Assembly (NCBI GenBank): GCA_002811645.1
Contig: PDIP01000126.1
Coordinates: 41,226 to 105,225, forward strand
Direction of reading: 5' to 3'
Length of the DNA stretch: 64,000 nucleotides
Source: Corallochytrium limacisporum Hawaii
Lineage: Eukaryota > Protista > Pluriformea
The position numbers and the translations under genes were made by a program. Every line of letters starts with the position of its first letter. Positions within the stretch are counted from its first letter, which is position 1. Below the pieces are notes generated by a model. The model saw only the letters and a list, made by a program, of their open reading frames with translations. It did not search any database and was not told the DNA's origin. Shown piece by piece: positions 35,701 through 49,800 of this stretch.

Positions 35701-38700
35701 GAAAGGGCAACAAGAGAAGGAACAGTAGTGAAAAAAATTTCCCTGAACCTCTGCTTGCCGGAGGTGGGAGCTCCGACGAGTAACTTACACCTATTGTACC
35801 GTGAAGATCTTGACGTGTGTCTCAAACCTTCCCCACAACCCAGCAAATGACTTTTACCAAGTGTTCCCTTCGCCATGTCAATGCTGCTCCTGCTATTTTT
35901 CAACCTGGGTCACTGTTGATATCCCGTCTAGTATAGAAAGGACCAAAACCCTCAAAAAGCGTAAGATGGCTGCTCCTTTGACGTAGGGTGTGGGTTCGGG
36001 TCAAGTCCACGGTTCCGCCTCTCGCCGAATGGGTTTTTACCCGGAGGAGAAGAGAGGGGTCCGAGGAGCCCACAGTTGCGTGTGTGAGTAGTCTTTTACG
36101 CACTTCTCTCGCTATATCCGCCCATCTGTAGGACTAGGATTCTTCAAATCTTATCGTCAAGAGACCGCAGAAGATAAAAAGAAAGAAGACCTGAGCATGT
36201 ATGGACAGTTGAAGAATCAGAACGGTACCACACGGACTGTGTGGACTGGGGCGACGGATTGGTTCTCTCCGTGGTATTCGGAGACAGATATTCGAAGCTC
36301 TGTATACTTGATGTATGCCACCGGTCCATGCACGCATTGTTTGGTTCTCTAGTTGATGCGGCTTGAGCACGCACTGGGTGGTGATCACAGAAACTCCTTG
36401 CTTTGGAACTATACACCAAGGTGTTCACGGACCGGACCTCCTTTGTTTGGCTCGGTTACACGATGATGTCAATCGCCGGTGCAGCGTCCGCGGACTCCCA
36501 TCGTCAGAGAATGTCAGGGCGACATGGTCAAAGCATCATAATGCGTGGGTATTGAACTGTCAAGCAATAAGCCATTGTCCAACAACACACAGTTCCGCTT
36601 CAAAATTCTGCAAACACAATTGATTCAGATCTGAACCACAAGGCCATGAGTTTCGATATTTTCTTGATGCTCTTGCATTTCTATTTCAACCATCCTTGCC
36701 GTTCGCTCTGCTTGAACAATCGATGGGCATGGCAAGAGCTCTTCATAACAATATCAGACTTCTCAATGTATAGTGAACACACAGCCTCCCAAGGAAGGAA
36801 AACGAACCCATCTTCATCAGCAGATAACATCGTTAACACACCTACGTATACACAAACAGCAACACATTTCATTCGAGGAACATATTTTGGAGAAGAAAAA
36901 ACTTCACCAATGCACGCATGCGCACCTGCAGACATCTCACCAGATACCATCCCAAAACCATCAGCCCATTAATCAGCTGTTGAAATTGATGGAGACATTG
37001 ATATATCCGGAGGCATCCTTAGCCCCTTACACATCCACAAGCATCCAGATTGCAAGCGTCTTCTGCCAGTTCCTGCATGTCTCTTTATTCTAATCTGGGG
37101 AGTTCCACTTCTGACAGCTATAGGCTGCAGCTGTCCCCGCGAGAACTCCACCACTACGCTTGCAGGTACCTAAGCACCCTTTCATTTGTGAGTTGTGTTG
37201 GCGGCTATCCGCCATTCCCGTTTTTGGTGCCCCGCGTAGAACTGCGTAAATTTGGCCACAAAGATCCCAGTGTTGGTATCTCTTCTGGGGCGCGCTGCTA
37301 TGCTGAGCTTCGCAACGGACCCCCAGGGTTCTGGCTGCTGGGGTTTGAAGGAACATTTGGGCGGAGTGTTCAGGTGGGACTTGTCGGAGAAGTGGAGTAG
37401 CGCCGTTCGGCAACCCGGAGACAGGTGAAAGGGTTTATTCCTTGTAGGAGCCACGAAGAGGAGAAAAGTTGAAGACCTGACACAGTCTGAGCATCCTCTC
37501 ACTCAGTAGTCAGCACCTGGGTGAAACCTAGACCAGAGCGGTGATTTTTTTTTTTGTGCAGACAGGTTGGTATTAGTCATTGTGCAAGGGGAGTCAGCAA
37601 CGCGGCCATACACAAGAGTTACAAAACCTACGCTTATGTACGTCAATCCACCTCAGTTCCTGGTTATGCACTCCGAGTTCTCATTGCCCTCAAAGTCCGA
37701 TGGAACCCTGTCTGAAAGTGTGGGTACAGAATGGAGACGGACACTTCCAATGGGTGGCACAGGTCTCCCTCGAGTCGTATCTGCATTCCCCCAGTGTGTA
37801 GAATAATTCCATCTTCGCCTTACTTTTCACGATCGTTCAAGCGTATTGATTCCCTTCTGTTCCATACATTATATAGTACTATGTAGGATAACAAATACTT
37901 CCATAAACCAAGTGCAAGCCAAGCCTGCATCTACAGCTCCTTTCCAAAGGCCCCCCTCCCTTCGCGAGCCTCCAACCGGAATCTACTAGCATTCTAGCCA
38001 TCTAAGGTGCTGGGTGCCATTGTCAATTCGAGGATCCTCGTACGTGTCACGCCGACCCTGCTACATCCAGAAACGAAGGAATAGCAATGGAATGTAAGGG
38101 GGCGGTAGGATTGTGGGTGTGGGCCAAAGTACCAGTTTCTTGGTTCGTGGAACACTGCGTTGCATAAACACGCAACAATAACATTACGCAGAGGTTTCCC
38201 TCAACAGTGTACCGTACGAGATGCTGAAGACGAATGACGCTTCGACGGCGCACCAAACCAAAGGCTTCAGGATCTGACTGATTCAATGATCCACCTTGTT
38301 TTAACCGGGTATCCAGAAAGGACAGCGGCCCAGAAACAGCGAAAAGTTGGCGACAAAAGCCCAGGTAGGACGTGGAAGGAAATCTATGGAGGAAAAAGGG
38401 GCTGGGTTTTAGAATTGCATATGTAACTCTTCTTCGTGTGTGTGTCCCAACAAATGTAGATAGTGAGCGCTAACTGATAACGGTCAGCGTCCACACAATA
38501 TCTGGGCCATCATTCCGGCTAAACACCTTCCTCTTCGGTTCCACCGTGACGCTCTGTGTGTGTGTGCGAGAGCGTTGTGTTGTGTGTTGTGTGTGTGCGT
38601 GTGTGGATGTCACCCAGACGTGTGTTGGCTCGTTGTTGTTTCTGTCTGCGATAGTCTTAGTGCTACTTGTTTGGCTTTCCGGCTACTTTTTGCTAGGGAC

Positions 38701-41700
38701 CCCGTACAAACTAAACCCTCCCGCCGCCCGCTTGTTTTTCTTCCAGTCAGCACTTGTTTCACTTCTGAATAGCTGTAAATCTGCAGATGCGAGCACTCCC
38801 AAGCAGCTCTGTGCCCTCTCTCGACCGGCAAATGTGGTATTGGTCAGTACATTTCCCCTGTACTTTTTTGGACAATGTTCTTTAAACAAGTCTTTCAGAG
38901 AACGACCAAAAGAAAACACACCAAAATATCTTGACGCAAGCGATAAAACCCACAGTCATCCCACCTTTTGGTCTTGAGGCCCAAGTGGGTGACAGTCCGC
39001 TTTGCACACCTACATGTGCCATTTTGGACATACATACCTCAATTTGAAAGATGCCTACGTTCGTCTTCGTCTTCTTTGGCACATTTCGCGATTCGCAATG
39101 CACAAGCATGCAGTGACATCTGATACTCATCCCTTGCTGCTAAGTGATGGGAATTGGAGAGAGCGCACAGCTGAGAAGAGAATACGCAGTTTGGGGCCGT
39201 GCCAAACACATGGATCTAAAGAAAACATCGAGAAGACGTGAAGAAGGAGAAAGCCCGGGACAAAAAATTGCAACGGGCACAAACCTGCGAACGCACTTCC
39301 TCCGGTCCAGCTGTGCAGCAAGAGCAGTTCCTTTTTGATCGGTTCCTTGGTATGGCCAACGATGGGGAATCGCATACAAAATATCGCTTACCCATTTACG
39401 CAACAGTTTGCGAGCGGTTGCCAATTAGACGTAATGAACTGGCTGCAAAGAGAAAGGGCACCCCAAAGAAAATACAGCTCGAGACCATGCTTAGGTTTTC
39501 GTAATTTTCGGTAGTTTTCATCCACGGTGATCCTTCGATCTGGGAATTGCATTGCTCCAGGCAATGCGTGGAGACAAAAATGCCGAGTGGTTCAATTTTC
39601 TGTCTCGAGCATACGTTCCTACATACCACGCATACCATTGTATCTTCGTGCACCACTGTACATTCAGTATCACGGTTGTCCATGAGTTCCCAAACGGAGA
39701 TGACATCGACCACTAAACAGCAGACTGACAGTCCACAGCGGTGCAGCGGGTAGCGCCGTACTGTATACTAATTGCCCCACTTCACCAAACCTTTCACGAG
39801 GGGCCTTACCATCCCGATGGGCCACGCAACATCACGGCTGGACGTCGGTGCTAGTTGCGTTTCTGAGGGTATGGATGTTGGATAGGTGTGTGTGTCCTCC
39901 GATGATGCCCACTACCCACTTGTCCATCAGACGGGTTTCGAATATGAGATCTGCAGTTGGCGTTCTGGTCTGAGTTGTGCACGAAAGTAATACGGGGTGG
40001 GGTGTGGTGAGGAGCAGAGACACAGGGGAGAGCCGGCATGAAGAACTCTCGGGTGGAGGGGGCGAGAGCTTTGACTGGCATCTCCTTGTTTTTGTTTCAC
40101 ATCACAGAAAACCAGCTAGAAAAGAATTTAGAGCCCTTTCTGTCTTGTATTGACTTTGTTGTTGTTACTACTTGGACCCATATGACCCACTCAATTCAGA
40201 CATCTAGCCGTACCGGTCCGCATACATGTACAGTCTAACCAAAACACCATGTGTCAAATCTACTACCTGATGATAGTTTTCCTTCACCTACACCCAGGCA
40301 GATCGAGCAGTGTCTGTGCACATCTTGTCAGACTTACAGGTGTTGCAGATCGACCAGATGGTGTTTGTGTTGAAGAAAAGTTAATTTCTTCTTCATTCTT
40401 TCACTATTGCTACCATACACTGCACTTCTGCATTACGCCCATTACGCACAACTGTCATTCCGCCCATGTTTTTCCGATTGCTTAGCTATGGAGCGCATAC
40501 GTCGGCCCGCCGGCAGTTCAGAATGCTGCGGCGATCCTTATATTGCGTGAACCACTTTCCAACTGTGGCAGGCGCTTAGGTTGCAGAAAACGTGCCCATC
40601 TGGGGCCCTTTGTAAATTCCTAACCGGCCTGCTTGCGTTGTTGGTCGTGATGGCACGAACCGGTTGCATAGTTGTCAGCTACGTACCAGCGACGGTGGAG
40701 GATCGCAAGGAGATGGTTCGGCACCCCCCCTTAAAAAAGGAAAGGGAGGACGGGAGAGGGGGCGAAAGAATTGCGTGAAGGGGAGAGGGAGGAGGCACGG
40801 AGAGAGAGGGTTTTTGTGGCTGCAGGGAGGACATCTGAGGGCGGTTGAATTAAAAAAAAACCAGGAACTTCTTTCTTGTGGTTTTGAGAGACACAGAACA
40901 CATACAGAACTAAAGAGAAAGAAAAAGTACACGGAAGGAATTGGTGTTGCAAGGCGAAGATACGGGAAAAACAGCGTTGTTCCCCATTTTCTATTGGGTG
41001 TCTAGTTGACATTGCAGTACATTTAGTATTGAAATGGGCAGAGGAAACCCGTGTGTTCGACCCCGTGCCCCCGTGCGCTCGGTGAATTTGCTATATGGGC
41101 ACTGGCCGCCACGAGTGACGGAGCGCGAGTAGTGAGATATGACGGCATTCGCCATTGCACTTGAGCGAAGCGAGGAGTAGCAGTTTCATTACGGCTCTCT
41201 CCCCTTCTTTACTTTCCTTTTTCTACAACCAGCACATTTTTCCTTTCCTTTTTTTGTGCCTCGGTCTTGCTCTATGAGGGATCCGGGTGGTGTCCATTGC
41301 GCGTCCGTCGTTTTGCACCCCCCTTGTTGTGTGTGCACGGAGTGGCCCCTCCTTTTTTTCCCGTTTCACCTGGTCGATCGTTGCTAGACAAAACGGCGGG
41401 TACACGGCCCGCGAGCCGAGGGGTGAGGAAGCCTGGTTAAACAGCGCGAAGTGGGGACGGGGAGGGTTGGGAGTAGAGGGGATCAAGAGTGGGGCCAGCC
41501 CCGAAAGCGCGGGGGGACGCGAGAGAGCGCGGTGCACAATGGCCTGACTGACGGCGTTGCGGACGGGCAGAGGGAGACAGAGAGAGATATAGCGAGACAC
41601 ACACACACACACAGCGCCAGATTGTGAGTGTGTGAACGTGCGTGACGATAGCGAGACTGAGAGAAAAGGGAAGACCAAAGGGGGCAAAGAACAGTATGCG

Positions 41701-43670
41701 CACGCATCGTCCCAGTTTTGCGTCTGTTTGACCTGCCTTTGCCCACATTCATTACTCTCTCATTAACTCTTGCTCTGTAGTGCGGCACTGAGGATCACCC
41801 CTGTTTGCGAGTCGTGTTCTCTCCACAATGCTTTGGCGAGGGTAAGGCACACCCCAACCAAGAAATTTCCTTTGCAGGGAATATCTGCCGGACCAAACAG
41901 GGCATAGATATATGTACATAACCGTTTAGAAGTTCTCTGAAGAAAATGATGAGACGTCTATATTCCGGGCACTTAGACATAACTTTGTAGCCAAATATTC
42001 GCTTTTCACCAGGTTTTTATGGATTCTAAGGAACATTCCGCACTTTCAGAAGGGAGAAGAATGGGTAACACGATTTCAATGCCATTCCGAAACGGACAAA
42101 ATGTCTGGAGCCCTTCCTTATCCGAAAGATGCAACCTGGAGAAGTCAAATTCTCGCTCACGTTTGGGTCGTCACCCCCTTTTCTATTGTGAACAAGTCAG
42201 AGCAGGGTAGCCCTTTGTCGAACTCGACGCGGCGCAAGTCGGGAAGAAGGATGGAGAATCACACATATAAAATGCAAAATGGTTTGCGCCGTCGACCCGA
42301 CACCGGGTTCACAGGAGCACGGCCAAGTCCGGTTTCCATAGTATAGGTATAGTCTCGTCCCCTTGGTCCCCAGGACGCAGGCTCTCCGAGCGCCTTGTAC
42401 AAGCCAGACAGACCCAAATGCTTAAATGCCTGCGCCGGCCTTCGTTTGTTCAGGGTTGGAAGGGGAGGGGGGTCGCTGGCTATTGCCTGCTTGAATAGCA
42501 TGCCCCGTACGAATATGAAAGCACTACGAGATTTGCCTTTGCAGGAGGAAGGTAACAAGAAAACCTAGCGTTGAAAATAGGGTGCCAAGCTTGAATGTCG
42601 TCCCCAGCCCCTTCTCGGGCTTGCCCAGTCTGTCTGTCTTGTCTGTCGGTCTGTCTCACTCCCCGCCTCGTCCCCCCTTCATTTGTGGCTCTTTGTCTCT
42701 CACATTTCCTTTGGCCCCCCCTCATCCGTCCGCTCCCGGAGCCGCGTATCGGGGCCGAGTGGGCGTTGCGGAGGGTGGGGTTCTCCAACCTTGCGGCCTA
42801 GCCCTCAGTCCTTTCCTGTGGGGCTGTGAACACGACCTGCCCCACTTTCCCATCGCAAATCGGGACACCATCTCTGTTGTATGCAGTTGTTTCCTGAGGG
42901 AGGGCATGGTATGGTTGTAGGTGTGCAGACCATCCTCTTATGATGTGAGACGTTTCCTGTGTAGTGCGTTTCCCATTTCAGGCTTATCCCAGGTACCCCA
43001 TCAATCGTTACCGGTTCCCCCTGAAGCGAGATTTCGGCTTGGTTGCGATTGTCCTTGGACTCATCAAATATGCGAGGCATACAACACCGGTGCGACAAGG
43101 CAACATGCGCAATCATTGGAAATGAACCGCAATCGCCTACATGCGCAGGGGATCAGTAGGCACACTATAGCACATGTACAGACAATGTGTTGCTGTTTGT
43201 TTTGGGTCGCAATTTTAATGTCCCACTCGATCGATTGATTGTGATGATCACTGTGCGTGAACGGAGTGCCCAGCTATCTGCCTTTCGTTTATCTACCAGT
43301 AGGAGCGGCACAAGGCACATTCAAAGCGGCATGCCTGCGAGGGCGGGGGGAGAGATATTGACAAATGCACGGAATGGTGCCGTGCCCCTCCAGAATTTCA
43401 ATTTTGATATGGGACGCCAGAGTCAATTTCGGACGGGGCGACGGAGAAGTGCGTCTCCCTTGGGGGGAGAGGAGAGGAGTGAAAATTGAGACCCCGCTCC
43501 ATGAAACTTATGATTATAGATTCAATTAGATTATGAATATATTTAATCGATTCACAAGTTGTAACCTCCCGGGATGACCTCCGCGTCTTGGGGAGATCAG
43601 AGAGATGGGAGAGGGGAAGGACTAGGACACACCCCCCCCCCCCGGGGGGGGGGGGGACCCTCATTCAAAA

Positions 43671-43725
43671 NNNNNNNNNNNNNNNNNNNNNNNNNNNNNN
43701 NNNNNNNNNNNNNNNNNNNNNNNNN
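43671..43725. other. Assembly gap with duplicated flanks
   Basis: N run; both sides carry ggagaggggaaggactaggac-Cn-Gn-...ctcattcaaaa. Confidence 1.
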
Positions 43726-43896
43726 GGAGAGGGGAAGGACTAGGACCCCCCCCCCCCCCCCGGGGGGGGGAGAGACTCTCATTCAAAAGGGGCTCAAGAG
43801 AGAGAAAGGAAATTCGCTTTTTGCCGAAATGCGTCCTGTGAAAGTGGGGGAGGGGGAGGAGCGGGGCGAAGGCCTCGGACACCGTGCCGTGTCGAT

Positions 43897-46800
43897 TCAT
43901 AAGGAGGCCAGTGCCTCCATCACCGTCTGCCTTCTGCGCCGACTGTGCTGCACGTCGGAGGCATTTCGCTCCCGTTCGTAAAGGATCCAACAGTCCATAT
44001 TCAAACAGGGCACAGGATCAACATCGAGACCGCTGCAATTTCGACAAACGGCCTCGAGTTGGTGCTGCTCCTCTTCGGCACCACGTTCGGCCTCGATAAG
44101 GCGAAGAGCAGAGCCCTGCACGTCGCGAAGGCACTCCTTGCAGAGCAGTTGCGACGCGACGTCCAAAGCTAGTCCACTCACATTCGATCCTCTTGATGAG
44201 GTAGAGCCCATATTGCGTTGATTACGCGCCACGATCAGGCCGTTGCAATCAGGCATGGCACAGAGAGAAGACCGATAGTAGTGTTCCAAGCGCTTATGCC
44301 GCCGGCGTGCGAGGTTCTGAGCTGCGTGAGCAAGACCTGGATGGTTGTCCACAGCTGCGGCTCCGGCACCAAAGTTTGGACCTTTATCCATCGGGGTTGC
44401 CACAGATTCTCCGTCGTTATTTCGGTGGAGGGCTGCGAGGGTTTGGTTGTCCTCTTCTCCGAGGCTGCCACCGCCAGCGCCTCCGAACTGTAGCGCCGAA
44501 TTGGCCACGTTCCGCCGTCGGGGCAGTTCACGAAACCATTCCTTCACGTCCACACCGGCAAGCGCAAGATGCCGGTCCAGTGCGGGTAGCACTTGTTTCG
44601 TAATGTAGTATGTGGCATGGAGATTGTATCTGGTACCCATCACCATGATTTTGGTGCCAGCACTCTTGTTCTGGCCACTGGTCCGCTCTTCGCGGGGTCC
44701 AGCTTCACTCTGATGTTCACCACCTTCATCCGCCATGATCATTTCGCGCACTCTGCGCTTCACCAACGACAAAAGATCCTCTGGCCGCTTCACACAGTCA
44801 ATCAGACGCGCTCCTGGTGGACCATAGACAACAACATACCGAATCCGCTCGCCGTGGCGTGGTGTCCGTCTGTGGTCCCGGGCGCTAGACTCAGCGGCAA
44901 CAAGACAGACTGGCTGGTGCAATGGGTCTTTGTACGTTCCCGGACGAATTTCCTTGGCAAAGACAAAGTCTCGGAGATTCACTCGCCCTTCCAAAATGCG
45001 CAACATTTGTTTCTGTACGTAGCTCTTGACCGCGCTGAGGTCCGCAGTGGAGAACAGAAGTCGCAGACTCTTGCCGAGAATCTTTGCCGTGGCGGGGCAA
45101 GTGTCTCGGCGGATGGTTTCGATGCCCTTGGCGTCGAAAGTTGGCTCCCTTTGGCCAGGGTTCTCGTACGCGTTACCTACGTAGCGCTTCTTGGACATGA
45201 GAATGCATGGATGGTAGACTTTCTCAAACTTCAATGTGACAGGTGGAGGGTTAGACTTGGTCACAGCCTCCTGAATCTCCTCTCCAATCTGAAATGCTTG
45301 TTCACGAGTTTTTCCGTCCAGAAGGATAAACAGCGAGTCCGTATCACCGTACACTACCCGCGCGCCCCATTTGGTGTTCCGTTCCACCAGACCGATCGCG
45401 CGCTCTAGCGTCTGGCGCCCGAGCATGACAATAGAATCGGCAATGTCCACGCTGGGCATGCGTCCACTGTAGTTTGCCGAAGTGTAGCCGTACGTCACAT
45501 TCGATATCATCTTCAGACCAAGCTGGCGGGCGTTCAGCATACGGTGTAGACCACGCGCAAGGATGTCATCGCCGGACTGGCCATACGTTGAGATGGCCTT
45601 GAGGTCGATTCGTTTCATACTCGCCTTTACCATGATGCGCGTACGCAACAGCTCGTCGAGCATGCGTGGTAGAACTCCTATCCTGACACTCTGTTTCACA
45701 AACACAATGCCGTTGGGAGTAACGGTCAGGTTGCGGTCTGCTTCGTCATCACGGTCGTAGTCCCGACCAGGACTTGGATGCCGAGACCGCGATAATGATG
45801 GTGGCAGAGCAAGTCCATCTGCATCATGACTAGGAGTAGACTGCTCATGGAGGGCCGCAATAGTCCCGATCGGCACACTGAGGGTGCCCGCGCCCATTTT
45901 CTTGGATTCCGCTTCTGCTCCGTACCGATTCAATTCAGAGAGCTTGGCAGCAGCAGCTTTACCAGCGCCAGACCTTGTTTCAGGCCCAGGCACCGCGCGG
46001 TGCATTTGCACGATGGAGTCTGTGGTGCGCCCATGCAGGCGCCCTAGACATGTACTGTAGCAGAGATTGTACGCAATCATGACTGAAGGGTAGAGACTCT
46101 GGAAGTCCATTACCAATACTGGACTGGCGTAAAAGCGGGACTCCGGCTCCATTACCAGCGGGATAACCTCTGGTGCGTCCATGTTGCTAACCTGGACCTT
46201 GCTTGGACTCATGGGAATGTAGTTCATGGGCTTGGCCAGGCGTAACATCATGCTCTCCACCCTAAATTGAGATCCACGGCTCAATACACTGAAGAAGTCA
46301 ATGCCAAACATGCGGGCAAGTTCCGACGTGCGTCCAACAATGTTGAGCTCCTCAAGCAGCTCCATATTACCACGATTGCGGAGAACGAAGTGCTCCACAA
46401 CGCGATGCCGAGTTCGACGATTATCCCACCATCCACGAAGCTGAGCTGAGCTGTAGACAGGAGTACGTCGCTGCAGGACGTGGTGCACGACGTGTTCGAA
46501 CGAATATATAGTCAGTGTGACCTCGGAGCGCATTAAACGCCATAGATTCAGTGTAATCCGCCCCGCGAGGTGGATACTGGATTGCTTGCGGAACCCCCAT
46601 TCGTCCTTGGATGGCTCAAGACTGGAGCTCTGAAGATCCTGTGGCACCCTACTTAGCGCCTGGATCAGGTCCAGGCCGAGCACAGAGCTGCGCTCGAGGA
46701 TGTAACCCCAGGACCAGTGCTGGACGTCGTATCCGGTGATAATATCCGGGTCCTGGACACGGATCAAAGACACCAGGCCACGCAGCATGTCCGTCTCGGA

Positions 46801-49800
46801 TGAGTAGCAAGCAACATGCACTGGAGCGGTTTTAAAGGTCACGATCTGGGCCATACCAGTAGATGTCGACGTGCCCTGAGTTTCAGAGCGGGTTGCTGCA
46901 TGCGGCTGTGGTCCAGCGTCTGGCGGCTTTGGCGTGGTGACAGCGGATGGAGAGAACTGGCGTTTGCTGACATTCCTCAGAAAATGCTCCGTGACCAGGT
47001 CCTGTCCTTCAGATGTCCCTTCCGTAGTTTCACCATTTTCGTTGTTGACCATGAGCACCCCCTGAACAATGCGACGGTGCTGAGCGTGATGTTTGAACCG
47101 AGGTCTGAATGCGGCACCGTTGTCAGTGTTCAGGTGTCGGCGTTCAACATGATCATCGCTTGGCTGTTCATTTTCGTCGTTATCGTTGTCCTCAAACGGT
47201 GGAATGTCTCGATAGATGGCATATGAGATCATGCACAACTCATCCTTTGCAGGATCGGACAAGAGGTCACCTCTAGTCTTCGCAAATATCTCTACAGCCA
47301 TCCAAGCAATGCGTTGAAAGCCGTGGAGGGCACGGAGGTCGCGATAGTCGATCGTGTAGGGGTAGTCGTCAACGTCGTTACAGCCATCGTCCTTCTCATC
47401 TCCATCGTTCAGTAAATGATTTTCGTCAGATTCATCAACAATGGCGTCATCTGCATTCGCAAGTGCTTTCTTGGATCGCCTCTGCCTTCGTTGGCGCCGC
47501 AGCTCTCTCTGCAGATCATCCTGCATCCGCGTAAACGGGGCCGGTCTCGGTTTTCGCTTCGCTGAGTCTGGGCCTTCGATACCGATCGCGCCGCTGGCGT
47601 TGGCATCCTTCGACGCCAGAACAGAGGCCGCTTCGATGCCGCGCGCTGGGGTTATCTGCGCCAAAGATCGCAGGCGCTTTGCACTCGACGGCTGCTGCAG
47701 CAGCGGCCGGTGATACGCCTGCGGTTCAGGATCGGCTGTTGTAGCTGTGTCGTCGGCAGAGAGCACGTTTAGAGCCCCCGGACGATGCACAGGCGCGCTG
47801 TCCGCGGTTGACGGCAGTGTCGGGACTTCCTCCTCATCCACTTCAGCGTCGATTTCGGCTTCGTTCCTATTGCGTTTCAGCCGTGAACGATGTCGGCGGC
47901 CATGGTGGAGCGAGAGCAAACGTCGCGACACGCGCGGCGGTATCGCTTTGCTCGAAGTTTGCCGGCTTTCCTCATTCAAACGGGAAGGGTTTGGAGCCGC
48001 CAGTGAAGGTATCAAGATTGACTGAGTATTCTGAACAAGTCGCTCTTGACGACGCGTGTACGCAGCCGTCGCTTGTTCCGGTAGCCACAGAATGTCTAGT
48101 GCAGGTCCAACAGCACGGCCTTTGGCTAAGCGCGTCACTGACCTCTCTGAACGACGCAGAGCAGCCATAGTTGTCGATGGAAATTGCGGCAACGGTGCGA
48201 GCGTCGGGACACTATTGCCACCACGAGTGGCGCTGCTCTCTGCGATGTTGCGCAGCTCACCATTTGAATCAAAGGCTGACAGGTCGACTATGGCACGGCT
48301 CCGCAGACGAATCGAGCGTCCAGCGTAGGTCACTGTTCGGCCGGGACAGTCCGCTGCCGCCGAGTAGTGCAGATCGTTCGGTTCGAGGTGCCGAAGGCCA
48401 TAGACCTCGAGCGTAGCGCTGACGTCTCTCGGGCTTGGCGGTGGTCGAGAGGGCCGGAAGACGACTTGTCCTGGCATGAGTGGCGGTGAGAGGAAGGCCA
48501 CACCCTGAGCTGGGGCGGAAACAGTGGCGGTGGGTGAGGATGGGAGACGCTGTTGGTCCTGGGTCAGTGCCGGCAGTCCCTCAGAAGCGGTAAGAGATGT
48601 AACCGCCGTATGATCGTGGCTCGGCGATGCTGCCGATATCATTGGTGGCTCCTGCTGATCCTCTGGCGGTTGTGTCGGTGATTGAGATTGTGGGTGCTCT
48701 GCCTGTTCTCGCTCTGGCGGCTTGGTATCACGATCAAGTCCATGCTCCTCCTCCTCATTAATCACGGCAGGAATCACTGTCTTGCGTTTGTCCAATTTTC
48801 TCATAGGGGTCACGCGCACAGTATGCGCATGGTGTTGCTGCAGTTGTGACTTTTCCTGACTTTCCCTGTCTGAATCTGGGTCGCTGTCCTCGATGATGAA
48901 AGACGTATGCAAGCGGAGATTCTGGGCCTGCTGGTCAGTACCGCCCGCCATTTCCGGAGGAACATACTTGGAGATGCGAGGCAAGGGCCCAGGGGACCAG
49001 TCGTCCAGCCCACGCTCAGCAATAATAGGAGCAAACGACCTCTCGTCCTCTACTTGCACGAAATGCTGTGTGGGCGCCTTCGAAAATTGCTGTGTGTTGT
49101 CTTCGTCATCTCCACTATCTCCAACCACCACCATACCTGTGTTCACAGGATCAATGCCACCTTTGCTGTGTCCCGGGCCATCATCGTCGTCATCAAAACC
49201 CTCCACAATGTCATCTAAGTCGTCAGCAAACTGTTGCAAAGTCGGCCGCGGCCGGGTGGTCATGAGCGTCAGCGGTGCGCCTCCACCACTACTGTCGGAT
49301 GACCTTCGCCTTTGGTTTTGCTTCTGTTTCGACGCATCACTTCTGAACCGGCCTTGACGTCGTGCTTTTGATGGTGACGAGGTTGTAGCCGCGGACCGAT
49401 GTAGCTTGATCGCGTGAATAATCTGTCCCTGACGCAGATTGTGGTCAACAGCGCCCTCCTCATCATCGTCATCACTACTGTCTTCGATCATACCATCCAC
49501 TTGGTCCGGCAGACGGGATCGGCTGCTGCTTTTCTCGTTCTCCAACGAAGACACGCGGTACCGGGAACCCTCGTTATCTTCCCGTTCCAATTCTTCCGGA
49601 CTATCGTACTGATCGATTAGGAAGAAGAGATCACCACCTTCAACGTCGTCTTTGCCTGTTTCCTGTTCTTCATTCTCGTACTCTCTCTGAGACAGCAGAA
49701 CCGCGTCGCCTTCGGCATCTTCGTCATCGTCCATAATCGGGCCATGCTCAGGGATACGGGCATTCACTGCATCGTGAACACCATGTTGAGGTTGTGAAGA

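Noticed and set aside
38546-38977. Hydrophobic Cys/Val-rich ORF
   Set aside because: Derived from (TG)n repeats.
41030-41085. GTTCGA T-loop-like sequence suggesting a tRNA
   Set aside because: No cloverleaf, acceptor stem or A box can be built around it.
43608-43788. Direct repeat of about 60 bp on both sides of the N gap
   Set aside because: Most likely unmerged overlapping contig ends that disagree in homopolymer length, not a real duplication or target-site duplication.
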